43,347 bases of DNA from Bacillota bacterium. Its GTDB lineage: Bacteria; Bacillota; Desulfitobacteriia; Desulfitobacteriales; JAJXUE01. The position numbers and the translations under genes are program-made. The notes beneath the pieces were generated by a model. That model saw nothing but the letters and a program-made list of their open reading frames with translations. It was not told the DNA's origin and made no database searches. Positions 8,799 through 18,224 of the stretch are shown here, piece by piece. The DNA lies in assembly GCA_021786555.1 (NCBI GenBank), contig JAJYNB010000108.1:1-43347 (forward strand). The letters run 5' to 3'. Position 1 is the first letter of the stretch, and every line of letters starts with the position of its first letter.

Positions 8799-10160
8799 TT
8801 GGTTAACGACAATTTTTTAGGCCGGTTTGAGTTCGGTGAATACTGGAATCCCATGAATGAAACCATGCCGCGTGAGCAGTTGGAAAAGCTGCAGCTGGCC
8901 AAGCTGCAAAGAATCGTAAGTTATGCCTACGAAAAGAGTGCTTTTCACCGCCGAAAGTTTGAAGCAGCGGGATTTCATCCCGATCAACTTCACAGCCTGG
9001 CAGATTTGGACCGCATTCCCTTTACCACCAAAGATGAGTGGCTGGAGGAGCAAAAGCGTTATCCCATGTTCGGGGAAATGCTGACCGCACCACAGGAACT
9101 GGCAACGAGGTATCATGCCACTTCAGGGACATCGGGCAGGACGCCGCTCAGGGTGCTGGACGGGCGTAAGGATTGGCAGTGGGCGGCGGAGATGTGGGCC
9201 TACAGCCTTTATGCCTTTGGCATCCGCTCCCATGACATAGTCTATTACGCCTTCGGGTACGGTTCCTTCATCGGGTTCTGGGGGTCGCACTATGGGTCTG
9301 AAAAGATTGGCGCTCTGACCATAGCCAGCGGGGGGATGTCCACTGAGGCAAGGGTGAAACAGCTGATAGAACTGGGTGCAACCACTCTGTGTGCCACGCC
9401 CACCTATGTCCTGAGAATGGCCCAGGTGGCAAGAGACATGGGTATCGATGTTGCCAGGGAATCCAAGATTAACAAGGTTGTGGTAACCGGGGAACCTGGC
9501 GGCAACGTCCCGGCGACCAGAAAAATGATTGCCGAGAGTTGGGGCGCCGAGGTGTCGGACATTGTGGGAATGACCGAGTCTGGATCCTGCTTCGCTTTTG
9601 AATGCAGGCATCATCCGGGCGGGACGCACATCATGGAGGACCATGTACTGGAGGAAACCTTGGATCCGAAGACCGGTGAACGCCTGGGTTACGGTGAGCG
9701 CGGTGAAAGGATTTTCACTTCCTTTGGCAGGGGCTTCATACCGCTGATTCGTTTCCGCACGGGGGACTTGGTGGTTCGAGTTCCGGGCAGCACCTGCACC
9801 TGCGGCAGGACATGGGATATCTACCAGGGCGGCATTCTGGGCCGGGTGGATGATATGAAGTTAATCCGCGGCACCAATGTGTACCCCTCATCCATTGAGG
9901 CAGTTGTGAGAAAATTCGAAGAAGTGGACGAGTTCCAGATTGTGATAACCCGGGAGAACGGCATAATGGATGAAATTACGGTAGAAATTGAGCTTTCACG
10001 CGAAGCGGAAGAACGGTTCACTGTTGTGTCTGTGCAACTGGCCAAAGACCTGGCCGACGCCCACGAGAACCTGCGCTTCAACATCACACAGGCCGATTGC
10101 GGCTCGCTTCCCCGTTATGAATTAAAGGCACGCAGAATGAAAGACTTGAGGGGGATATAA
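8799..10160 (+). CDS. Phenylacetate-CoA ligase family (PaaK-type aryl-acetate-CoA ligase)
   Basis: N-terminus YWNPMNETMPREQLEKLQLAKLQRIV, P-loop-like TSGTSGRTP, 453 aa. TTG start follows RBS AAGGAGGGG. Confidence 0.8.
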   Translation: MVNDNFLGRFEFGEYWNPMNETMPREQLEKLQLAKLQRIVSYAYEKSAFHRRKFEAAGFHPDQLHSLADLDRIPFTTKDEWLEEQKRYPMFGEMLTAPQELATRYHATSGTSGRTPLRVLDGRKDWQWAAEMWAYSLYAFGIRSHDIVYYAFGYGSFIGFWGSHYGSEKIGALTIASGGMSTEARVKQLIELGATTLCATPTYVLRMAQVARDMGIDVARESKINKVVVTGEPGGNVPATRKMIAESWGAEVSDIVGMTESGSCFAFECRHHPGGTHIMEDHVLEETLDPKTGERLGYGERGERIFTSFGRGFIPLIRFRTGDLVVRVPGSTCTCGRTWDIYQGGILGRVDDMKLIRGTNVYPSSIEAVVRKFEEVDEFQIVITRENGIMDEITVEIELSREAEERFTVVSVQLAKDLADAHENLRFNITQADCGSLPRYELKARRMKDLRGI

Positions 10161-10162
10161 GA

Positions 10163-10417
10163 GTGAACCTTACGTCAGCAAGTAAAAGCAGCGAAGACCT
10201 GAACTCAGCGGAGAACAAACTGAACCTGTTGGGACAACTGCTTAGCGAGGATGAACAAACTCTGTGGCTCATCTACCGGGAACTCAAAAATCTGGCGGGC
10301 AATGCCAAGCTGCCTCCCTGCGCTCTGAGCAACATTCGGGCCGCCCTGGCGTCTATCTGGCAGGTAACAAATGACTTAGACATTGAATTTGAACAATTGT
10401 ACGAGGTTGGAGTCTGA
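10163..10417 (+). CDS. Small hypothetical protein (84 aa), predicted helical
   Basis: GTG start 2 nt after the ligase stop, with GAGGGGGA 7 nt upstream. Tightly packed between two operon genes. No recognisable motif. Confidence 0.4.
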   Translation: MNLTSASKSSEDLNSAENKLNLLGQLLSEDEQTLWLIYRELKNLAGNAKLPPCALSNIRAALASIWQVTNDLDIEFEQLYEVGV

Positions 10418-10429
10418 GGGGGTTAAACC

Positions 10430-11215
10430 ATGGTTAGGAGCAGTGAATTTGTTACATGCGAAATAACTGATGGGGCTGCCGTGGTTAGAATCGACCGTCC
10501 TCCCGTCAACGCATTGAGTTTACAGGTTTTGCAAGAGTTAAGAGGAATTTTCACAGACCTCGCTGCCCTACCCCAGGTGCTGGTGGTAATTATCACCGGG
10601 GCAGGGGAAAAGATATTTGTGGCCGGGGCGGACATCGACGGCCTAAAAGAACTCACGCCCGAGACCGGCAAAACAGTAAACGGTATGTATCAGCTTACCT
10701 TTAACCAGATTGCAGATTTCCACCGGCCTGTTATTTGTGCTGTTAACGGCCTGGCTTTGGGCGGGGGCGCTGAGCTGGCCCTGGCTTGTGACATCCGCAT
10801 CGCAGCTGAACACTCAAGTTTTAGCTGGCCTGAGGTCAATCTGGGCCTGATCCCGGCCGGCGGCGGCACCCAAAGGCTGGGGCGCCAGATTTCCATGGCC
10901 AAGGCCAAAGAGCTGATTTTTACCGGCCGTCGACTGACAGCAGTGGAAGCGGAAAGTATCGGACTGATCAACCAGGTAGTTCCTCAGGGTGAGGCCCTCT
11001 CCGCTGCCAAAGAGATGGCACGACTAATCGCAGCCAAAGGCCCGGTGGCTGTAGCCCAGGCTAAGAAAGCCATGAACCAGGGCCTTGAACTGCCCCTGCA
11101 AGAAGGGTTTGCGTTGGAACTCGAACTCAGCGCCGCCTGCTTCGGTACCCAAGATGCCAAGGAAGGAATCAGCGCTTTCTTTGGAAAGAGAACTCCCGAG
11201 TTTAAAGGAGTGTGA
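10430..11215 (+). CDS. Enoyl-CoA hydratase (crotonase)
   Basis: GAGEKIFVAGADI, GGGAELALACD and WPEVNLGLIPAGGGTQRL, so both catalytic Glu positions are present. RBS GAGGGGG. Confidence 0.85.
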   Translation: MVRSSEFVTCEITDGAAVVRIDRPPVNALSLQVLQELRGIFTDLAALPQVLVVIITGAGEKIFVAGADIDGLKELTPETGKTVNGMYQLTFNQIADFHRPVICAVNGLALGGGAELALACDIRIAAEHSSFSWPEVNLGLIPAGGGTQRLGRQISMAKAKELIFTGRRLTAVEAESIGLINQVVPQGEALSAAKEMARLIAAKGPVAVAQAKKAMNQGLELPLQEGFALELELSAACFGTQDAKEGISAFFGKRTPEFKGV

Positions 11216-11386
11216 CCGATAAATTACTAAAAATGCTACCTCAGCAAGGCTTGCTTTAGGGAGGAAACATTCATCCGACTGCCCCAGCCGACCCCCAAAG
11301 AGCTTAAAACGCTTGAGGCGACTTCTTTCGCTGGGACGCCAAAACCGTCCCCGCTGTCTTAGTGGAGTTAAAAGGAGAGAAGCAGT

Positions 11387-11587
11387 ATGGCGGAAAAGTA
11401 TCAAAACCTTGTCTTAGAAAAGAACGCAGGAATTCTGCTTGTCACTATCAACCGTCCGGAAGTGAGAAATGCCCTTGATTGGCGGACCTGGGAGGAAATC
11501 GGGGAACTGGCCCGGGACATCAACCGGGACGACTCGCTCAAGGTAGTAATTATCACCAAGTTTTCAGGGCAAATAGCGTTGAGATGA
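11387..11587 (+). pseudogene. Truncated enoyl-CoA hydratase remnant (N-terminal 57 residues only)
   Basis: ILLVTINRPEVRNALD...LKVVIIT is a normal crotonase N-terminus. It then diverges to KFSGQIALR-stop where GAGxKAFxAGAD is expected. Confidence 0.6.
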
Positions 11588-12615
11588 CCGGAGTGATGAA
11601 GTTGGGAAGTGCGGCGAGAACAACGGACAAGACACCTGCCCTGGGGACAGCGGGCCAGTATCTGGACCGTGCAGCCCAGGAGGCGGGAGACCTGCCGGCG
11701 TTAACCTTTGCAGACCAAACCCTAAGTTACCGCGAATTGGCCGCAAAAGTAGATGCCCTGGCTGTATCCCTGATTGAACTTGGTATAAAACACGGTGACA
11801 GAGCAGTAATCTTGATGCCAAACTGGCACCAATTTATCGTCGCCAGTCAGGCTGTGCTGAAGATAGGAGCTATCAAGATTCCGCTGCCAATCGATGTTAC
11901 CCCCTCAGAAATCGCCGGCGCTCTAAAACAGAGCGGAGCGAAGGCGATCATTATGATTTCGGAATGGAACGGCCTCTCCCTTGCCAGGGAACTCGATAAC
12001 ATGCGCAGCAAGCTGCCGAATCTCAAGTTTGTGATGGTAGTAGGGCAGACTTTTGCCGACATGATTCCTCTGCGCCAGCTTGTCCGACATACTTTGCCGG
12101 GCCAGGAGGTGTTCGAGAGGTACTTCCGGGACAACCCGGTAAAGCCGGATGACTTGGCCTGCATCACTTATTCCCGCGGTACTGAGAGTATCAGAAGTGT
12201 GTTATACACCCATAAAAGCATCTATGGCTTTGCGTCTGCCTGTAATAACCTGGGCAAGGTTGGCGAAGAGGACATATGGCTTGATATTCTGCCATTAGCT
12301 TCAAGCTTGGGACTGCAATATGTGGAGCCATGCCCGGTAATGAGCAACTCATCTGCTGTATTATTGGAAAGTTTTGAGCCGGCGCAGGCTTTAAGCTTGA
12401 TCGAAAAGCACCAGGTTACAGCTCTGGTCGCTGTGCCTTCAGTAATCAGTGATTTATTGGAGAGTAACCAGCTGAAAGAATTTGATCTGTCCTCCCTGCG
12501 CAAGGTTTTTTTGGCTGGCTCTGTGCACGCCAAGGAGTTGACACGTAGAATCAGGGAAAACATCGGAGGAGATGTCATCACCCTTGATGCCCCTGGGAAG
12601 ATGCAAAAATTTTAA
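11584..12615 (+). pseudogene. Truncated and degenerate AMP-dependent acyl-CoA ligase (N-terminal domain only)
   Basis: Ligase-like N-terminal region (ALTFADQTLSYRELA). The P-loop has degenerated to YSRGTESIRS versus YTGGTTGFPKG in the intact paralog at 20772. It ends after about 343 aa, before the YGxTE motif, and no C-terminal domain appears in any frame. Confidence 0.55.
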
Positions 12616-12637
12616 GCAGACAACAGGAGGGAACCTT

Positions 12638-15505
12638 ATGGAATCAGTCAAGATCAGCTTTAATGTAAACAACGAGCCTGTGGAACTGAGCTGCCCTCCA
12701 GAGCGTACCCTGTTAGATATCTTGCGGCGGCAATTAGGGTTGACTGGCGCCAAGGAAGGCTGCTCCGCCAATCTTTGCGGAGCTTGCACAGTTATCGTGG
12801 ACGGCAAAGCGATTAACGCTTGTCATGTCAAGGCTGCCGACCTCGGCGGCAAGAATGTGGAAACCATTGAAGGTCTGGCCAAGGGCGGGGAGCTCCATCC
12901 CTTGCAGCAGGCTTTTATGGACCGGCACGCTCTTCAATGCGGCTATTGCACCCCAGGCATGATTATGGCGGCCAAAGCACTGCTTAATCATAACCCTGAG
13001 CCCAGCCGGGCAGAAATTGTCAACGCCCTGCGCCGCAATCTCTGCCGCTGCACGGGTTACCTGCAGATAGTTGAAGCGGTGGAAGCGGCGGCTGGAATTG
13101 ACGGCTCGGTCCGCGAACCTCTCGTCACCGTACAGTTAGACTCGGAAGAAGAGTCGAAGGGTGAATGCCAGACCTTAAATTTGGTGGGCCGCTCGATTGC
13201 TCAGGTTACTGCTTTGGATAAGGTGACCGGGAAGGCAAAATTCATGGCCGACCTGGACGATATGCCTGGCATGTTATGGCTGCACACGGTGCGGGCTGCC
13301 TACCCCCATGCCGATATTGTCAAGATTGACACCAGAAAGGCTGAAGCCTATCCCGGCGTCATAAAAGTACTGACCCATGCCGATGTGCCGGGTAACAACC
13401 TATACGGCAAGATTGTAACTGACCAGCCGGTCCTGGCCAAGGGCAGGATCCGCTGTCTGGCTGACGCTGTGGCGCTGGTGGTGGCGGAAGATTTAGAGAC
13501 TGCCCGTAAAGCCGCAGAGTTGGTGCAAGTAGATTACAACGTCTTGCCTGGGGTCTTTTCCACCGAGCAGGCCCTGGAAAGCGATGCGCCGGTAATTCCC
13601 GAAACCCGTCTTACCTCCCACCGGGGTAAATATAGTTCCTCAAAGCTTAGTGCCGAGGACGGGCCCTTGGCTCCCCATGACAATATCCTTTACCACATGC
13701 CCATCCGCAAGGGAAATGTAACCGACGGCTTCAACGATGCCGACTACGTAATCGAACGTACCTATAAGACTCAGCATGTGGACCACGGGGTGTTGGAATG
13801 CGAAGGCGCTCTGGCTTACTACGCGGAAGACGGCGTACTCACGGTAGTTTCACGCGGCCAGCACGTTTATTTTGACCGTTTAAATATTGTCCGCGCCTTG
13901 GGCCTGCCCAAGGAAGATATCCGGGTGATCCAGCCGGCGGTAGGCGGAGCCTTTGGCCAAGGTGAGGACATCTATGCCCAGATCCATGTCACTCTGGCAG
14001 CGATGGTGACCAAACGGCCGGTCAAGGCTATCTATTCGCGGGAAGAAAACATGCTGGCGACACAAAAACGCCACCCCATGACCATAACCATCAAGAGCGG
14101 GTTCACCAAGGCAGGCAAGATTACAGCTTTGCAAGCCAGCCTGGTAAGTGACACCGGGGCCTACGTTTCCTGGGGTGAGAATATTGCCAGGAAGGCTGCA
14201 ACCCATTTGAGCGGCCCCTACGAGATCCCCAATATCAAGATTGACTCTTACGCCGTCTTTACCAATAACCTGTTTTGCGGCGCCTTTCGTGGTTACGGAG
14301 TGCCCCAGGCAGCCTTCGCCATAGAGTCACACATAGACGAGATCGCCAAAACTGCCGGTATGGATCCGTTGGAAGTGCGGCTGAAGAATGCGCTGCGGGC
14401 AGGCTCTTTAACCTCTACGCAGCAGCAACTGCCGCGGGCTTTCGCCGCGCCTACCATGGAGGCAGCAGCTGAGCAGTTCGGCTGGCGGGATTACCAAGCT
14501 TCCAACCAGGGGACTAAACGCCGCGGACGCGGGATGGCCAGCATCTGGTACGGAACCGGCTTCGGGTACGGCATTCCTGATGAGGGAGACGGGATCGTGG
14601 AACTGCAGCCCGATGGGAGCGCCACCTGCTGGATTAGTTCCCTGGACTATGGTCAGGGCAGTGATACGGTCATGACCCAAATCATCGGTGAAACCTTGGG
14701 TATCACTCAGGACCGGGTCAGCATGGTTACGGGGGATACAAAGAACACTCCCAACTGCGGCTCTACCGTGGCTACCCGGGTAACCTTTACAGTGGGTAAC
14801 GCAGTGAAAAAGGCCGCCATGCGCATTCGCCAGGATGTGGTTGCTCTGGCCGCGGAAAAACTCTCAAGCTCACCGGACGATATCGTGCTGAAGGATAATA
14901 TTGCCAGCGCCGGCAGCAGCCCGGCGGCAGGGATAAGCATTGCGGAGCTGGCCCGCGAATTGTCGGATAAAGGGTGGCCGCTCAGGCGCGAGGGAATTTA
15001 TAAGACACAGCAATTCACCTCCCGCCTGGACGGAGTTACAGGCAAGGGGAATTCCTATTGGCCCTATTCTTACGGGACCCAAATGGCGGAGGTCGAGGTT
15101 GACCTTGAAAGCGGACAGGTAACAGTGCTGCGGATGGTGGCCTCCCAATATACCGGACGGGCCGTAAACCCGCAAGCTGTGCGGGGGCAGGTGTTGGGTG
15201 GGATGTCTATGGCCCTGGGCTTCGGTCTGCTGGAAGACATGAAACTAAGTGAAGGGCGGCCGGGCGTGAAAAACTTCGACAGATACCGCATGGTCCGCTC
15301 GAACAATATGCCTGATGTGGTTGTGGTAAACGTGGAGAGTCCGGAACCCCACGGACCTTATGGAGCTGTGGGTGTGGGTGAAACCACAACCGTAGCGGGC
15401 GCCCCGGCGGTGGTTAACGCCATAGCCGATGCTTTGGGCGTCAGGGTGTATGAATTGCCGGCCACTCCCCAGCGCGTAATCTCCGGGCTTGGTAAGAAGC
15501 TGTAG
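12638..15505 (+). CDS. Fused [2Fe-2S]x2 + molybdopterin oxidoreductase, Mop-type aldehyde oxidoreductase architecture (no FAD domain)
   Basis: The N-terminus has CSANLCGACTV and CGYCTPG...CRCTGY. A linker follows, then the XDH-family Moco domain (VGRSIAQVTALDKVTGKAKFMAD). 955 aa. The ATG at 12638 follows RBS AGGAGGGA. Confidence 0.85.
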   Translation: MESVKISFNVNNEPVELSCPPERTLLDILRRQLGLTGAKEGCSANLCGACTVIVDGKAINACHVKAADLGGKNVETIEGLAKGGELHPLQQAFMDRHALQCGYCTPGMIMAAKALLNHNPEPSRAEIVNALRRNLCRCTGYLQIVEAVEAAAGIDGSVREPLVTVQLDSEEESKGECQTLNLVGRSIAQVTALDKVTGKAKFMADLDDMPGMLWLHTVRAAYPHADIVKIDTRKAEAYPGVIKVLTHADVPGNNLYGKIVTDQPVLAKGRIRCLADAVALVVAEDLETARKAAELVQVDYNVLPGVFSTEQALESDAPVIPETRLTSHRGKYSSSKLSAEDGPLAPHDNILYHMPIRKGNVTDGFNDADYVIERTYKTQHVDHGVLECEGALAYYAEDGVLTVVSRGQHVYFDRLNIVRALGLPKEDIRVIQPAVGGAFGQGEDIYAQIHVTLAAMVTKRPVKAIYSREENMLATQKRHPMTITIKSGFTKAGKITALQASLVSDTGAYVSWGENIARKAATHLSGPYEIPNIKIDSYAVFTNNLFCGAFRGYGVPQAAFAIESHIDEIAKTAGMDPLEVRLKNALRAGSLTSTQQQLPRAFAAPTMEAAAEQFGWRDYQASNQGTKRRGRGMASIWYGTGFGYGIPDEGDGIVELQPDGSATCWISSLDYGQGSDTVMTQIIGETLGITQDRVSMVTGDTKNTPNCGSTVATRVTFTVGNAVKKAAMRIRQDVVALAAEKLSSSPDDIVLKDNIASAGSSPAAGISIAELARELSDKGWPLRREGIYKTQQFTSRLDGVTGKGNSYWPYSYGTQMAEVEVDLESGQVTVLRMVASQYTGRAVNPQAVRGQVLGGMSMALGFGLLEDMKLSEGRPGVKNFDRYRMVRSNNMPDVVVVNVESPEPHGPYGAVGVGETTTVAGAPAVVNAIADALGVRVYELPATPQRVISGLGKKL

Positions 15506-15670
15506 AGCTTCCGCTGGTTCAAACATTGGGGCACCCTTGACCCCAAAAGTTATGGGGGAAAGAGCCGATGCATTGCCAACCATGCCACTTCAGGGGGGGT
15601 AACAAATCTTGTTCCCAGGGAGGTCGCGCTTCCGGATAGCGCTTAACTTCCTTGATTTCTCTTTCGCTTG

Positions 15671-15697
15671 GGAGAGGCTTTGGCCTCTCCTTTTTTT
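15671..15697 (+). terminator. Intrinsic terminator
   Basis: ggagaggc-tttg-gcctctcc followed by TTTTTTT. Confidence 0.8.
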
Positions 15698-15989
15698 GAC
15701 AAATCTAAAGTTAGTTAGGACGGTATTACCTGCAGCAGTTAACGGTGAAATCCGAACAAGGTAGCTAATTTGTTAAATTAGGTTTGCAAAATTCAAAATA
15801 TTATGAATTTAGGAGGAAATTTATTCAAGGCAGGAGAATAAAAGGAAATTAGTAGGCTGTAAAATTGCCTGCAGAAGTCTGGTTCAGCAGGTCGCAGACC
15901 AGGCCGCGGAGGGGGGTGAGGATGGGTTAACACAGCGTCGGGCAATTGACAATTCAAGCTGGTGTGTTGAAGAAGAGGAGGTTGGGTAA

Positions 15990-17270
15990 ATGAAAAAAAG
16001 AATACCGGTTTTGGTTGCGCTGTTCCTGAGCTTAAGTTTACTGGTCAGTCTTGCAGGCTGCGGCCAGCCTGCCCAGAGCACAGCGCAGAATAAAATTGTC
16101 CTGGGAGTGCCTACCGCTTTGGGTACTGTTGAAGGCAAAGACTCGCTGAACTCGGTGAACATGGCTGTGGATGAAATCAATGCTGCCGGCGGAGTGGAAG
16201 TTGGCGGCAAGAAGTACCAGCTGAGTGTAGTTTCCATTGACACCAGGGAAGCTGAAGCAGGGATACCGGTGAACGACGCATTGACGGCAGTGGATAAGCT
16301 GATCTCGCAAAATAAGCCCAACGCCATTGTGGTTGGCGCTTTCCGTTCTGAAGTTTTGTTGGCATCCATGGATTTGGTTGCTAAGTATAAAATCCCCTAT
16401 ATAACATCAATCGGCATGGCTCCGGACTACGAGAAAAAGATTGGGGAAAATTACGACAAATACAAGTACTTTTTCCGCATGGGCCTGAACTCAACCTATC
16501 TGGTAGACTACCTGAACAAAACCACGGGCTATATTGGCAAAAACTTCAATTTTAACAAAGTGTATTTTATGTACCAGGACGTTGCCTGGGCTAAGGGGAC
16601 GGCAGCCGGTGTGGCCGCCTGGGCTAAATCCAACGGTTGGACTATCGTAGGCCAGGATTCCTATCCTACCGGCGCGTCGGATTTTTCCTCCTCCCTCGCC
16701 AAAGCCAAGGCGGGCGGGGCGCAATTGATTGTGCCGATTTTCGACATGCCCCAGGCCGGTGTGCTGGTAAAACAGGCTAAATCAATGCAGGTTCCTGCCC
16801 TGCTGGAAGGTTTCATCAGTCCTGTCAGCGCGGGTAACGCCTGGACCACCTTTAACGGGGAAATCGACGGCTTTGTCAACTTCGTGTATGAGGCAGGACC
16901 AATCCCTCTGAAAAACATACCCAAATCAGCCGCGTATAATGATGCTTACGCCAAAAAGTACGGCGAGGATGCCAGGGTAAAACTTGCCGGCCATGGTCCC
17001 GGGCCTGCCTACGATTCGGTTTATGTATTGGTGGACGCAATCAAGCGGGCTAATTCCCTGGACTCCGGCAATATTGTCAGCGCTTTGGAAAAAACCGATT
17101 ATGACGGGGTTATCGGCCATATCAAGTTTAGCAAAAACCACCAGGTCATCTACGGAGAAAACGCCAAGGAAACCGCCAGCGGCCTGGCCTTCCAGTGGCG
17201 GGCCGGCAAGCGGGTGGTTGTGTTCCCGGCAGATGCCGCAGAATCACAGATTCAGCTGCCCCAGCAATAG
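15990..17270 (+). CDS. ABC transporter substrate-binding lipoprotein (Leu/Ile/Val-binding-protein family), system 1
   Basis: Signal peptide with lipobox LAGC. Type I periplasmic-binding-fold length (426 aa). Followed by LivHMGF-type genes. Confidence 0.85.
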   Translation: MKKRIPVLVALFLSLSLLVSLAGCGQPAQSTAQNKIVLGVPTALGTVEGKDSLNSVNMAVDEINAAGGVEVGGKKYQLSVVSIDTREAEAGIPVNDALTAVDKLISQNKPNAIVVGAFRSEVLLASMDLVAKYKIPYITSIGMAPDYEKKIGENYDKYKYFFRMGLNSTYLVDYLNKTTGYIGKNFNFNKVYFMYQDVAWAKGTAAGVAAWAKSNGWTIVGQDSYPTGASDFSSSLAKAKAGGAQLIVPIFDMPQAGVLVKQAKSMQVPALLEGFISPVSAGNAWTTFNGEIDGFVNFVYEAGPIPLKNIPKSAAYNDAYAKKYGEDARVKLAGHGPGPAYDSVYVLVDAIKRANSLDSGNIVSALEKTDYDGVIGHIKFSKNHQVIYGENAKETASGLAFQWRAGKRVVVFPADAAESQIQLPQQ

Positions 17271-17302
17271 TTTCCCTAAGCCGTGGTTGTGATTGAGACA
17301 GG

Positions 17303-17328
17303 GAGGAGCGTCTTTAACGGCGCTCCTC
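17303..17328 (+). other. Intercistronic stem-loop between the binding-protein and permease genes (system 1)
   Basis: gaggagcg (17303-17310) pairs with cgctcctc (17321-17328). No T-tract follows. Confidence 0.4.
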
Positions 17329-17351
17329 AACTACCGGGGGGTTGGTGAAAA

Positions 17352-18224
17352 GTGGTTGCTAATCTTTTGATTTATGGCTTGGTCAACAGTGTGGTGCTCA
17401 TGCTTACGGCCCTGGGCTTCAGCCTGACCTTCGGCCTGAGCGGGGTAGCGAATTTTGCCCACGGCGGGCTCTACCTCTTAGCCGGCTTTCTCGCCTGGAT
17501 TTTCATCAATTCTTTTGGCCTGCCTGCTGCTCTGGGGATGATCCTGGCGGTTATAGTGGTGGGCATCCTGGGGGCGCTGATCTACCGGTTTATCTTGATG
17601 CCTGTCAGGGGTATCGTTTTGTCCGAGGTAATCAGTACCTTTGCAGTGGGAGTGGCTATTCTGGAGTTTTTTCGCTGGAAGGGGTTCGTCACCTACGATT
17701 TCAGCCTGCCTGTTCTGGTACAGGGAAGTGTGAAAATCTCCGGAGTCAGCATCGATTACCAGCGGTTATTGATTATCGCTATCGGCCTGGCCCTGGCTCT
17801 TTTGCTGTGGTTTTTTACCCATCATACCAGGATCGGCCTGGCCCTGCGGGGCATGTCCCAGGATGAATATACAGCTCTTTCGGTCGGCATCGAGTCAGAC
17901 TGGGCAGGCATGCTCAGCCTGGCCCTGGGCGCCGGCCTTGCCGGGGTGGCCGCGGTCGTTATCCTGCCCTTGGGGATTATCTCCATCAATATGGGGTATG
18001 ATGTGCTGCTAATCGCCCTGGCCGTAACAGTTTTGGGAGGATTGGAAAGCACAACCGGCTTGGTGGTTGGCAGTTTTTTTGTCGGGTATGCCATGGTAAT
18101 CACCAGTACCTATTTGGGCCCGCAGTGGGGAGAAGTGGTCTATCTGGGAGCTATCGTCCTGGTCCTGGCCGTTAAACCATCTGGCTTGTTCGGCAAATCT
18201 AAGGAACTGGAAGAGAGGGTTTGA
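17352..18224 (+). CDS. ABC transporter permease, LivH family (system 1)
   Basis: 290 aa polytopic membrane protein with typical LivH-like composition and operon position. GTG start. Confidence 0.85.
   Translation: MVANLLIYGLVNSVVLMLTALGFSLTFGLSGVANFAHGGLYLLAGFLAWIFINSFGLPAALGMILAVIVVGILGALIYRFILMPVRGIVLSEVISTFAVGVAILEFFRWKGFVTYDFSLPVLVQGSVKISGVSIDYQRLLIIAIGLALALLLWFFTHHTRIGLALRGMSQDEYTALSVGIESDWAGMLSLALGAGLAGVAAVVILPLGIISINMGYDVLLIALAVTVLGGLESTTGLVVGSFFVGYAMVITSTYLGPQWGEVVYLGAIVLVLAVKPSGLFGKSKELEERV

Noticed and set aside
11479-11583. N-terminal extension of the ligase-fragment ORF as given in the ORF track
   Set aside because: It overlaps the crotonase remnant in another frame and is Gly/Pro-rich nonsense. 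Ligase homology begins only after the ATG at 11584.
15946-15975. TTGACA as a sigma-A -35 box just upstream of the first binding-protein gene
   Set aside because: No acceptable -10 hexamer lies at 16-18 nt spacing, and a transcript start there would collide with the RBS.
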